Below, piece by piece: positions 23,515 through 36,400 of a DNA stretch of 64,000 nt (position 1 is the first letter of the stretch; each line of letters opens with the position of its first letter). The notes beneath the pieces were generated by a model that saw only the letters and a list, made by a program, of their open reading frames with translations, did no database searches and had not been told where the DNA came from. Source of the DNA: Azolla caroliniana (taxonomy: Eukaryota > Plantae > Polypodiophyta). The stretch is taken from NCBI GenBank assembly GCA_043228905.1, contig JBHGNT010000018.1:12772001-12836000 (forward strand), given 5' to 3'. The position numbers were made by a program, and so were the translations under genes.

Positions 23515-23670
23515 TAGCTATGAACATATTTTGATGTAGTTAATTAGCTTTGGCCAGTAACTAGTTAGCTATTACCAGTAGCTAGTTAGCTATTGCCATC
23601 TGGTTGTAGCTAGTTAGCTATGATCATATTATATAGGTAATTAGCTATGATCATATTCTTATGTAGCTAA
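23515..23670. repeat. Second TAGCTA(A/G)TTAGCTA motif array inside the DNA transposon
   Basis: Repeated GTAGCTAGTTAGCTA / AATTAGCTA motifs. Confidence 0.7.
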
Positions 23671-23671
23671 T

Positions 23672-26600
23672 TATAAAAAGTAGCGTGCGGAAGCAAGTAT
23701 GAAGACCGAACAGAAGGAAGAAAACTCAGGTTTAATGGAGAGCTTGAGCTTACACAGTATACGCGGGAGAGACAGAGAGAGTGAGAGAGAAAAAAAGACA
23801 AGAAGTATTTCAACACTCTATTCACAACTCTATACATATGTGTGTTCAATGAACACTTTTATACAAGCCCTAGAAGGACTGACCGAAGTACTGACAGTAC
23901 TTCAATGCTCATTAAGAGCTCCTACACTAACTCCCAAATATATTCCTTACGGAATATCATTCCTAACCGCCTCCCGGTTTACTCACCGATCCGGCCCTAC
24001 CTACGCACCGGTCTGCGTACCGGTTTACGCATTCGGCCTAACCGATCGGTCCCAACCGATCCGGTCCTCAGCTTCTTCAGCCGATCTGGCTAATGTTGAG
24101 CTTGTCTCTCAACACTCCCCCTCAAGCTCAACTTGAGGCTCTTCGGGATCTTCCGGCTCACAGCTCCGGTTCCTCCTGGCTTCACGCCTCGCTCGCGCTC
24201 CACGACCTGTTCGACTCCGCGCGCTTCGACCCTTCCTATCGGCTTCTCTGCTCATGTGGCCCTTATCAGCTCTTCTACTATTGCGGTGTTGACGCTTCTC
24301 CTGCTGCCTTTTCTTCTGCTTGGGCCTTGGTTGATTCAGCGTATCTGAATCAAACATCCGAACCAACTCGGCTACCTCCGATCGGTTTTCGCTCTCGTCC
24401 GAGTTGGATATCTCCAACTTGTCTTCGGTCTTCTCGCCCTCGATGGCGTCATCTTCCCCATGCGTGGTTGGCTTCGGCTCTCTCCTTCGGTTGCTCCCCT
24501 TTTGTCCGCTTCCGGACTTTTCCGCGGGTTCGCCCTTGGCTTCTTCAGCCGATTCGAAGTCAAACTCGAGAACCGAGTAAACCGACTCGGTGTCGCGGTC
24601 TCCACTCCTTTCCTGCTACCTTTCTTGGTCGTTCGGGACTGTTCTCCCCCTCAAGTTTGGCACGTCGAGGTGACGCAATCCGAGCACACCTGAGAATTGC
24701 CGTAACTTGTCCAGACCAAGAGGCTTGGTGAAGATGTCGGCAGTCTGCCGATCCGTCGGAACGTACTGAAGTTCGACTTCACCGGAAAGGATACGCTCAC
24801 GGACGAAATGGTAGTGCACCTCAATGTGCTTGGTCCGTGCGTGGAAAACGGGGTTTTTCGCGAGCTGGATGCTGCTGAGGTTGTCGCAGTAGATCGTCGT
24901 CGGATCTGACACCTCCTCTTGCAGGTCCCTAAGTAGCCGCTTCAACCATATGGCTTCGCATGTCGCGACATCCGCTCCCCGGTACTCAGCTTCGGTGCTC
25001 AACAGTGCAACTGTCTGCTGCTTCTTACTGCTCCACGCGATCGCGGCACTCCCGAGGGAGAACGCATATCCGGACGTGGATTGGCGATTGGCGGCGTTGC
25101 CAGCCCAATCAACATCGGTGTAGCCGACTAACTGCGCGGCTGCACCGGTCCGATATAGCAGTCCCCGGTCCTTAGTGCCGTTGACATACCGAAGTATGCG
25201 TTGCGCACACTGAAGGTGCTCCTCGGTAGGTCGTGCCATGAACTGACTGATCACTCCGACCGGATAACTAAGGTCGGGTCGAGTGATGGTCAAGTATATG
25301 AGGCTTCCGACAATTTGTCTGAACCTCGTCGGGTCGCATACCTTTCCCGTATCGGGACGAAGCTTGACGGTTCTGTCCAGAGGAGTCGAGACGGACTTAC
25401 AGTCGGCCATCCCGACGTTGGCTGATCAATATGCCTTCGGGGGTACGGATCACCTCGATCTCGAGGAAGTAATGAAGGTCCCCCAGATCCTTCATGTCGA
25501 ACGATGCCGCAAGCTGGAGCTTCACGCGGTCGATTTCACCTAGGTCGGCGCCGGTGATGACCAAGTCATCAACATATAGTAAAATACTAACCGGTCCGAG
25601 TTGACCTTTCCGGATGAACAAGGAAGAGTCCGATTTTGACGTGACGAAGCCCATCCGACACAGTTGTTGCGTGATCTTCGCGTTCCAGGCACGCGGGGCT
25701 TGCTTCAGTTCGTAAAGGGACTTCTTCAGTCGGCATACTGCCGAGGAGTTCATTCCGGAGTGAAATCCGGGGGGTTGTAACATGTACACCTGTTCCTCAA
25801 GGTCACCTTGCAGGAACGCATTCTTTACATCCATCTGATGTAAGTGCCACCCCTTGGCCGCGGCTACTGCGAGCAAAACACGGACGGTCGTCATTTTCGC
25901 GACCGGCACAAACATCTCATCGTAGTCAATGCCGTGTTTCTGCGCGTAGCCCTTTGCCACTAGCTGAGCCTTGTACCGGTTTACCGAGCCATCGATGTTG
26001 TACTTGACCTTGTACACCCACCTACACCCGATCGGTTTTACCCCTGTTGGTGCGTCAACCAGGTCCCAGGTCTCGTTCTCCGCCAATGCGTGCATCTCTT
26101 CCTCCATCGCGGCACGCCAATTCGCGTCTTTAGCCGCTTCTGCATAGCTCTCCGGCTCACGCACTTCCGCTACACGGGTCATGTACGCATAATGATGCGC
26201 CATGTACTCGTTGTATCCGAACCGCAAAACAAAATTCTTCTGGCGGGTAGATCAGCGTAGTCTCACATTAGCCGATGTCGAGGCCTTCTCGGTCGACGCG
26301 GTCTTCACCTTTATGGACCCGTCACCGGTTCCCTCGGAGTCGGACTCGCGTCGGTCTGACTCGTTCCTATCCGTGCCGGAATCCGACACCTTCTTCTTCC
26401 CTTTCTCTTTGCGCGTAAGCCATCTCCTCGGCTTCCTGCGAGGGGAATGCACGGCCGAGTCTCCACTACTCGCCGGCTCTTCATCGGACTAATCGTACCG
26501 ACTCAGTCGTCCAATTGGTTCACTTAAACGGAGCGAAATCGGACTCTCTTCGTGGGTCTCGATTTCGGGCTCATCCGGAGGCATCTCGGCCTCGCTGACC

Positions 26601-28120
26601 TCATCGTCAGAGCTCGGATTGGAGTCGGGGTTCGGAGTCAGGGGCTGGTACCAGGACGCGGACTCGTCAAACACAACGTCGCGGCTAACACGCACTTGTT
26701 TGGTGCGAGGGTTATAACACTTATAACCCTTCTGCTCGTTCGAGTAACCGACCAAGATGCATTTCTCGGCCTTTGTGTCCAGCTTCCTCCTTTTCTCCTT
26801 CGGTACATGCACATAGGCAATGCTACCGAACAACCTCAAGTGTCGCAAGTTCAGCTTCGTTCCGAAATATAGTTCGTGCGCCGACACTTTGTCTCCAATC
26901 CGGTTCTGGATGTATATCGTGGTCCTTACCGCCTCGGCCCAGTAGAACTTGGGCAAGCTCTTCTCCTCCAGCATTGCTTGTGCCGCTTCCACAACTGACC
27001 GATTCTTCCTCTCGGCCACGCCGTTCTGCTTCGGCGTGTATCTACAACTGAATTCGTGCCGAATTCCCATTTGTTGTAGATAACTGTTGAATTGACCAGA
27101 AAAGTACTCTTTCTCGCCATCCGACCGCAGGCACTTGATCTTTTGTCCCATTTCCGTTTCCACGAACCCTTTGAGGTCCCGGAAGCAGTCGAAGACTTCG
27201 CTCTTCCTCTCAATGAGGTAGATCCACGTGTGCCGCGTGTGGTCGTCAATGAAGGAGACGAAATATCGGCTCCCGCCAAGACTAACGTTTTGTGTTGGCC
27301 CCCATACATCGGAGTGTATAAGGTCGAGCTTGTTCCGGCTCCGGTTTCGCTCGTTGGGGAAAGGAAGTCGGTGTTGCTTCCCGAGTTGGCAAGCTTCACA
27401 AATTTGTGCCTTTCGGCCACTAAATTTGGGCAATCCGAACACTACCTGTTTCGATTGCAGATCTTGAAGCAGCTGGTAGTTGACGTGGCCTATCTGCTTG
27501 GGCCATAAGTCGATGTCCAACTCAGATTTTTGTCCCTTCGCGAACATTGCGGTGCCGCCGTCAGTGGAGTCAAGGATGAACATCCTCCCGTCTCTACGCC
27601 CTTGCGCAATCACACGGCCTTCTTCCTCAATGAAGCACCCGAGGTGTGTAAACCGAACCTCCATCCCTTGGTCGATGATCTGTTCGACCGAGACCAAGTT
27701 CTTCGTGATTGTCGGAACGTGCAGCACGTTCATGAGTTTCCCTTTCTGCCCGACATGGCTAAGGGGAACTTCTCTGACATTCGCGATCGGATGCGGAGTG
27801 TCGTCTCCAGTTGCGACTACTCCAGGTTGTATCGGTTTTTCAAGGTACGAGAACCACTCCTTATGGCTCGTCATGTGGTTTGACGCACCGGAGTCTACGT
27901 ACCACACCTCATCCGATCTCGGGGTGATCCGTTTCATTGAGTTTGCTTCGTGTCTCGTCACAAAGGCAGACCCTTCTCCGGCTCTCCCGGAGTCTTCGGC
28001 GTAATGCGATCGTTGCCGATTTCCCTTGTCGGTATGTCCGAAGCCGTTTCCGGAACCGGTTCTCTCTGAATCAGCGCGCTTCTTCCAGCACTCACTTTCC
28101 CTGTGGCCTTTCTTTCCGGA
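23672..28120 (-). mobile_element. Ty1/copia, 5'-truncated at the gag zinc knuckle; 3' LTR ~23672-24114
   Basis: PPT rc TTGAGGGGGAG next to TGTTG at 24114; pol fragments 24616-25410, 25397-26227, 26489-27961 (VDSGASNH, SDVWGP, YVDDL, YTDVDWAG). Left LTR boundary approximate. Confidence 0.88.
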
Positions 28121-28726
28121 GATTATTTACTAGTACAAATGACATTAGGTTTCCATTGAGACCATTAAAATCAACTAATTCTTTTATCGATGGATCATTT
28201 AATATTCCATAAAGTATTACCTTCTTGTCTTCATTGCTGATGTACTTGGTTAGAACATTGAAATAGTCTATAACCTTTCTCTCTATGATAATAGTCTCAT
28301 TACTTCCATTCTCAGTGGCATTTAGATCTACATCACAACCAATACTATCCTTACCTTTAGTTGATGCGTCTTTCTTATCCTTTAACATTTGACGATTTTT
28401 CCTTTGACTTTTTTTGGCCCAATACTTTCGTATCACTTGTTGTGTAACAACAATACACAATATTATTCCACAATACACAAGATTATACACAACAATACAC
28501 AAGATAATTAACAGACGAAGATGTAGATGCAATGGCTAGCTAGCAATAGAGGAGCGATCAATGGCGGCGAAGTGTTCAAAAGTGGCGGTTTTAGAAGCTG
28601 CAAGTGGCTAACAACAATACTGACACCCAATGCAAGTAAAATCACCAGTGAACCATGTAGCGAACAATGGCACCAAAATAATTTAATTACAATAATATAT
28701 CAGTTTTATGGGCTTCACACCCCTAG

Positions 28727-29611
28727 CCGGTCTGTCCAATTCGGCTCCTTTCACACTCTAGCCAATTATAGCCGTTCCAGCCTTGCTCCTTGTCCTCTTC
28801 CCACTTCTAAGGGTAACACCGAGTCAGATTCTTTCATTCGAATATTATAAAGGCGTTGGATCTGATAAATCTTGGTGGCGGACACCTTCTCATATGTGTC
28901 TGATAGTGTTTTCTATAATCCGTATGTCATCCAACACGACTACATCATATAATACACTGATTCGAACAAGTCAATCCAAATGGTGGCCCAAAAAATCTGC
29001 TCCAATTTCTTCCACTCATTCGGTCGATCTAACCTTTCACGATCACGTAATCCTGCATAAGCCCCTTCAAAAAGTTGAAGTTCAATCTGTCGAATTGCAT
29101 GAGACTCATCTATGATGAACCGGATGTTGAAGTCATTCTTGATTTGAGCAAATTGTTTAGGAAGTTTTATCCGAGGGTGGCTATGATCGGTAAGGGGGTG
29201 CAACCGACTAGTTCATCCGAATTTGATGTAGCCGAGTTGGACATGAACTAAGTTAGTTGGTTGACTTGTCCTGCCGGAGTTGTACATGAACCGAGTCAGT
29301 TGGGTACGACAAGTAGAGTGACAGAGTCGACTAGTCTGCCCGATTGTTGCCTAGCCGAATTGAGCATGGATTGGATCGACTGATTCCGGATTCCACCTTG
29401 AGTGACTATGACCAAGGGGAAAGGTACAACCAATTAGCTTACCCAAAGTGTGATCTAGTCGGTTAGAGTGTAAATAGGCAAAGTGCCTATTCTTCTCACA
29501 GAATGAAAATTTGTAGTTGCCAATCGAAAAATTTCTAGTTGTCGAGCGGAGAAGAACCTCGCTCTGATACCAAATGTTGGAGAAGGTCTTCAATGAAAGT
29601 AGACAGAAACA
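28727..29611 (-). mobile_element. Old Tnt1-like Copia: degraded gag N-terminus, PBS and the first ~37 bp of the 5' LTR (rest at 50164-50440)
   Basis: PBS rc TGGTATCAGAGC 29561-29572; EWKKLEQIFWATI...ESVY and KTLSDTYEK resemble gag of the intact Copia. Confidence 0.7.
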
Positions 29612-31242
29612 TCATTATTGTGAAAAGAACATCAAGATGATATACATAAAACAATGTGAAAGTTAATATGCAAAAGCTCTGACAAAAAAGGTTACACCAG
29701 ATAGCAACAGAGAATAAACGTAGGTTTAATGGAACCATAGAATACACAGTTCACGGGAGAGATAGAGAGAGCAGAGTAGCATAAACTCATTGATTCAAAT
29801 AATAACACTCTATACACACAATGTGCTCAGTGAACACTTTTATACAAGTCTATAAAGGACTGACAAGTACTTCAATGTGCATACGAGCGACTGACATTGA
29901 CTCGCAAGAATATGCTTATGTACTAGGCTAGATTCGTACGCCTCTAACGGCCTATCGGCTACAATCCGATCCGGCTCCTAGTTCCAGATACCATCCGGAC
30001 ACAGATCCAAACTCCGATCCGGCTCTGGCTTGTATAGACAATCCGGATCCGGTTGAGCTTTTCCGCTCAACACTCATCCTCAAGCTCAACTTGAGGTCAG
30101 ATCGTAGTGTTTGTGTCTATGGTAGCCGGTCCTCTCTTCCAGCTCCTCCTGGCATCCTCCTGCTTGGCTTGCACTCCTTGTCCGGTACAGTTCTGCTTTC
30201 CTTGACCCGTCCGGTTCCGTGCTCCTCGACCTTCTCGATCGGCTTGTCTGCTCATAAGGCCCTTTTTAGCTCCCTTCCTGTTATGACTTCGGTGCTTCTC
30301 AACCCGTCGGTTCATCCGTGCTGGTGTCGACTTCAGCTGCCTTTTTGTCCGCTTGGCCGTCAATTGATTCGGCTCCTCCGAATCTAACTCCTCTTCAGAA
30401 TCGGTTGCCTCCAATTCGTTCTAGCTCTTGTCCGAATGGGCTATCTCCAATTTGTCTTTAACTTTCAGACCTTTCACGACATCAGACCATGTCTGTGTCT
30501 CAGTCTTTCCGGCTTTGCCTCCCCCTTTTTCGGTTGGCTCTGGCTTGGCCTCTCCATTCCGGTGGCTCCCCTTGCGTCCGGTCTTGGCCTTCTTGGCTGT
30601 CCCATGCACTCTGACTTCTTTAGTCGGGCCGAAGTCGAAATCGGTTTCCAACTCGGTTTTTCGGTCGTCTTTCTCATTCCTCCCCCTCAAGTTCGGCATA
30701 TCGAGATATTGCACACCCAGTGCACTGGAAAATTGTCGCAACTTGTCTAATCATAGGGGTTTGGTGAAGATATCGGCCACATGCCGATCCGTAGGAACAT
30801 GCCACAGTTTCACTTTATCAGAGAGGACACGCTCACAGACAAAATGATAGTGCACCTCGATGTGCTTTGTCCAGGCGTGAAAGACAGGGTTCTTAGCCAA
30901 CTGGATGCTATTGAGGTTGTCACAATAGATCACAACGGGATCAGACACCTCCACACGCAAATCCTTGAGTAGCCTTTTTAGCCATATGGCTTCGGACGTT
31001 ACGGCAACGGCTCCTCAGTACTCGGCCTTCATGCTCAACATTGCAATTGTTAGCTACTTTTTACTGCTCTAGGCGACCTCGGTGCATCCAAGTGTAAACT
31101 CATATTCAGATGTAGACCTATGGTCGTCGGCATTTCCAGCCCAATCGGCATCCGTGTAGCCGACAAGCTGTCCGGCTACACCAGTCCGATACAACAACCC
31201 CCTGTCCTTAGTGCCGCTGACATACCTCAGTATTCGGTGCGT

Positions 31243-31961
31243 TGTCGTAGTGTAATTCGCACACTACGTGAAATATGTAAAAAATAAATAAATAAATAAA
31301 TAAATAAATATCCGATTTAAGTATGCATAAATAAATAAAAGAAAATATTAAAAATATTATTACATGCATAGGGCAAGATTCGAACCCTATACCTCCATCT
31401 AAGCAAGCCCAAACTTTACCATTGTACTAACGTATCATTTTTAAATATAGATTTAATAGGGATAATAGTTATATTGCCTATTTTTACAAAAAAAGTAAAT
31501 CATGCACTTTTAGAGTGCGTGAAAACTTTATTTGGAAGAAAAACGCAAGCCAATTACTCGTGCACATCTAATGTGCATGAGCACTATATTTAGGAAATAA
31601 AAAAGCATGGTTGAAAAAGCACATCTAGTGGGCATGAACACTTTAGGAAAAAGCATGATGCAATGATTAGTCTCTTCCATCACTATATAAGGAAGAGAGA
31701 AAAGATGTATATGGTTGTTGATTTTTATAAGGGTTGATTAATATAAAATATTCGTGGGATTCACGATTTTTGCCATCTATTTCTCTCTTACAATCTAAGT
31801 ATCAAGTAATACACTATACTCGTGGGATTCACGATTTTCATATCTTCTTCTTGCAATCTTTTCCTAACTAACGTTATCTCATATTCTTCTTTCTCCTAGT
31901 ACAAAACCCCAGCGGTTCCCACCCGACTCACGCAAATGATCCGGCGCCGAAAGGCACGACA
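31243..31961 (+). mobile_element. Solo LTR of the Ty3 family at 32536-39249 (diverged subfamily, opposite orientation)
   Basis: TGTCGTAGTG...GGCACGACA termini match; flanks GCGT/ATGC fit a CpG-decayed 4-bp GCGC TSD. Confidence 0.88.
31364..31435 (-). ncRNA. tRNA-like A/B-box module in U3 of the solo LTR, antisense
   Basis: rc ATACGT-TAGTACAATGGTAAAG...GGAGGTATAG-GGTTCGAATC-TTGCCCTATGCAT. Confidence 0.6.
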
Positions 31962-33020
31962 ATGCGCACGGAAGGTGCTCCACGATAGGATGCGCCATAA
32001 ATTGAGCAATCAATCCGACCGGATAACTGAGGTCTGGCCGGGTGATGGTCAGATATATAAGGCTTCCGACTATTTGTCAAAACCTTTTCGGGTCATATGT
32101 TGTTCCGGAGTCGGGATGAAGCTTCACATTCTAGTTCAGAGCAGTCGAGACGGATTTGCATTCCGTCATACCAAATTTGAAGAGCATACTCAACACATAG
32201 TGGCGTTGACTGATCTGTATGCCTTCTGGGGTGCGGATCATGCCGATCCCGAGGAAGTAATGAAGGTCTGCTAGATCCTTCATCCCAAATGATGCCGCAA
32301 GTTGGGATTTGACGCGGTCGATTTCATGAAGGTTGGCACCGGCGATGACGAAATCATCAACATAAAGTAAAATACTAATCGGCCTGTGTTGAGGTTGCCG
32401 AATGAGAAGTGAAGAATCTAACTTTGACGCGGCAAACCCCATCCGACACAGTCGCTACATGATCTTCACTTTAGAGGCACACAGAGCTTGCTTTAGTCCG
32501 TAAAGGGACTTCTTCAGTCGGCAAACGGTCGACGTTGTCGTGCCTTTCGGCTCCGGATCGTTGCGTGAGTCGGGTGGGAACCGCTGGGGTTTTGGACTAT
32601 GAGGAAAGAAAATTCTAAGGCAATTAAGAATATGAAATATATTGTACGAAAGAAAGATATGAAAAACTCGTGAATCCCACGAGTATAGTGTATTAGTGAG
32701 TACTCAAATTAAGAGAGAAAAATAGTTAGCAAACTCGTGGATCCCACGATTATATTATATTAATCAACCCTTGTAAAATAATCAACAACCTCTATACATC
32801 TTTCTCTCTTCCTTATATAGTGTTGGAAGAGTCTAAGTTTATCACATGCAAGCATCATACTTTTCCTATCTTTAGTTTTCATGCACACTACATGTGCATG
32901 ATTAGCTTTCTATCTCATCTTTTCTTTTAACTCGAGTGTCTATGCATGAATAACTTTTTGTACCATGCATGTCTAGAATATTTACATGGGATAAAGTTTA
33001 GTATAACTTTAAAATTCATA

Positions 33021-33092
33021 ATACGCTAGTATAATGATAAGGCTTAACATTATTAACATGGAGGTGCAAGGTTTGAATCTTGCCCTATGCAT
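33021..33092 (+). ncRNA. tRNA-like module in the 3' LTR (boxes carry point mutations)
   Basis: TAGTATAATGATAAGG...GCAAGGTTTGAATCTTGC. Confidence 0.55.
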
Positions 33093-33484
33093 GTAATATA
33101 TAATTTTAAACTTTCTTCTATTAACAAATATGTCTCTTCATCTGGTGAGAGACTCTCACCGGCCTTCTTCATCCGGCTCTTGCCGGTTCTGCTTCATCCG
33201 GTTCTCGCCGGTTTTCTTTATCCGGTTCTTACCGAATCCTCCTTACCGGTCCTCTTCATTCGTTTCTCACCGACTCTCACCAACCTTCTTCATCCGGCTC
33301 TTGTCGGGTCTCCTTACCGGTTTCGGTCCTCACCGGTTCTTCCTTCCGGTTCTCACTGGGTACTCCATATCCTATCCGGAGAAACCAAAAAAGTAATTTT
33401 TGACGTAGTGTGCGAATTACACTACGACACTCGACCCTCCGAACCCGCACATCCTCCGGTATGTGCCGAAGTCCCCGATGCTTG

Positions 33485-36400
33485 CTATTCACCTTCATTC
33501 GAGGCTTCCTCCAATTCTCCCCTTAAGTCGACTATGAGTTGTAATCCACTTTCCTCACTTTCTGCATCACCACGATCTTCGTCCGATTGCTCCTTCTTGT
33601 CGGTCATGTCTAGGATCACATAGGGTTCTTCAACAGTCCGCTTCTTGAAAATCTTCACCTGTTTCCCGGCTATAGGCACTCGTAGCATCGTTCCATCCAA
33701 CTCGCATAGTCGGTAAGTTCTGTTGTCGAAAACTTTCCGAACCTCATATGGCCCGAACCACCTTTTCGCGAACTTCCCCATCGTTGTATGTTGATGATCC
33801 AAACTACTGTCGTAGACAATCACCCAATCTCCTTCTTCAATCTTCCGCGGTCGTAGTTGGTGCTTTGTGTCGAACCGGCTTTTACTCCAGAATCGCACTT
33901 CTTGTTGTCGGCGTATTGCTTCCGCTATGTCTTCCGGTCTTCCCTCTTGTTGTCGTATCCGGACCGTTAGTAATTCTTCCCGGTTCATCTCTTCCTTCCA
34001 CGGTAGCACTGTCCATGTCGCGATTGCGGTTTCCGTTGGCATTACCAGTGCTTGTCCGGTCATGAGTTCTGTCGGCATGTAACCGGTTACGGAGCTATGC
34101 GTTGTCCGATCCGCCCATAGTGCATACAGAAGAATCTGTGGCCAATCCTTCACCCTTCCATCGCATGCCTTCGCAAGTGCTTTGACAATCGGACTATGTC
34201 CTCGTTCGATCTTCCCGTTGGCTTCCGGATTGTATGCCGTTGTCAGTGTTAACCGAACTCCATGTTTAGTGAAGAATTCCTTAGCTTTATCAGAGTTCTC
34301 CCTGATCCGCAATCACTTGTCCTACGCACCCGTACATGCAAAACACTTCTTCCAAAAGGAATTGGCATACCGTAGAACACGTTTTCCTCCGTAGCGCCCG
34401 ACCTTCTACTTGGTTTGTGAGATCTTCCCGAGCTAACACCAAGCACTTCTTTTGTCCAATCCCGGTTGGCATGGCTACAATATCGACCATCCATTTGAAG
34501 TTGATTGTTGGTGAGAATGTAGGATGTAACTCATCTCGGTGTCGAACTCCGGAGTAGATTTGACACTTCTCGCAGTTTTCCGTGAACTCCGCGACATCTT
34601 TGTACATATTCTTCCACCAATATCTTTGCTCGATCTTCCCAAATGTTGCCCATGTTCCCCGATGTCCAGCCCAATCAGATTCGTGAAATTCGGACATTAC
34701 CTCGTTTCATTGCTCTTTTGTCCCGACTACTCGAAGTGGTATGCCACCCGGTCTTTTCGGCTCCCTCCATAAAAATCCATTTTTCAAGAAGAACTTTCGG
34801 ACTTGTCGCTTCTTACTTCGGATCTCGGCTCTCTTCTCTTTATTGTCCGATGATTCCTCGATTTCTTGTAGCACTTTCCCGATCAGCAAGCTTTCTCCCT
34901 CGTATTCTTCTTCCTGGAATTCTCGGATTACGTTCACCCGGCATATGTGCTCCGAAGCAAAGTAGTCTTCGAAAACTTCTTCATTATCGGATTCGGTTAT
35001 GTTATCTCCGAACCGCGCCCTTGATAACATCTCCAGCGACTTAACATATGCAATCCATCTTAGCATAGCCACATCCGGTATCGTACAACATCGCATCATC
35101 CCGAGTATCGGAAGACAATCCGTTTCGATCACTACTTCAGCTCCGATCAAATAATCTCGATCCGATTTGATCGCCGACACGACTCCCCATAATTATCTTT
35201 TAACTTGTGCATATCCGCGTTGCCTTTCGTTGAGAACCTTTGCTCCGAATCGGATCGGATATTGTGAACCTTCTGGATCGGCTTGATTGATGACCCATCC
35301 GATTCCGGTTGGACTTGTGTCAACCATTACTATGATCGGTTGGTCATAGTTCGGCTTCTTTAGTGCTTCTGCCCTCCGTAGTGATTTCTTGAGCTTCTTC
35401 ACGGCTTTGGTATGCTCCGGTTTCCATTCAAACTTCTTACCCTTCCGCAACAAGTGATAGAGTGGGTCCGCTATATGTGCATAGTGCAGAATCCATATGT
35501 GGTAGAATGCACATGCTCCAAGAAACCTTCGAACTTCGGATTGTGACTCGCATACTTCTTTCATAGCTTGAATCGCATCGATCTTGGTTGGTGACGGTCT
35601 TCGGCCGTAGGGCCCACATAGATGTCCGACTACCAATATTTCTTCTTGTCTGAATGTCAATTTCTCTCCGGAAAGTGTTAGATGCACATCTTCTAACTTC
35701 CGTAACACTTTCTCACAATCACGGATATGGTTGACTACAAACTTTCGGCATCCCCGATCATCCATAGTTTCATCTTTTTCTTCTACCGCACATCCTTTCA
35801 TTGGAATGTCATCTAGGAACGACATTGTTATCTCCGGAATGCAGTCTCGCATCGCATTCATCATATGTCCAACCGAGTTCATCGTGCCTTGTGGTAGCGT
35901 ACAAATCCGGACTAATCCTATCGGTGTCCGCATGGTAGTGATATCTCGGCTCTTCACAGCTAGTTGGAATTGGTCATATCCGGAGTATAGGTCTCCTATG
36001 GAGTACATTGCGTGACCGGCAAATGCTTCCGCAAATTCTTCCACTATCGGACCGACTCTGGAGTTCCGGATCGTGACCTTGTTCACCGGTTACAAATCTT
36101 GAATAAATCGGAGTGACCCATTCTTCTTCGGAACCGTAAACCATGGATTTGAGTACGGAGCATTTGATGGCTCTAGAATCCCCATCGCCACCTTCTCCTT
36201 GAGCAAGTCAATGATTTTCGGAATATGCGCCCGTGGCACCGGAATCGGCTTTAGGTTCCACGGCACATGGTCAATCGTGAAGATCACCATCGGCTCCACT
36301 ATCTTTGGGTCAACGCATCCTATTTCTTTTGATGTAAATGCAAATGCTCTCCCATGTCACTCTAGCATCCCATGGAATCGTTCTTCTTCATTCTTTAATA

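Larger units (their letters stand above)
2381..28722 (-). mobile_element. Decayed DDE DNA transposon, Sola2-like; outermost element of nest A (~4.8 kb remaining once nested inserts are removed)
   Basis: Transposase motifs DFAKNY, NEIQSMHW, FISDD, WSNRVAS*FK, FFGSGHGKGEHDGVG on - strand. Imperfect TIRs (GGTCACGAAGGTCATAAA vs rc GGGTGTGAAGCCCATAAA) with CTAG on both sides (2377-2380, 28723-28726). Confidence 0.55.

Noticed and set aside
29561-30090. A single LTR with a PBS on one side and a PPT on the other (tandem element)
   Set aside because: Better explained as one Copia inserted ~37 bp into another family's LTR, whose remainder is at 50164-50440.
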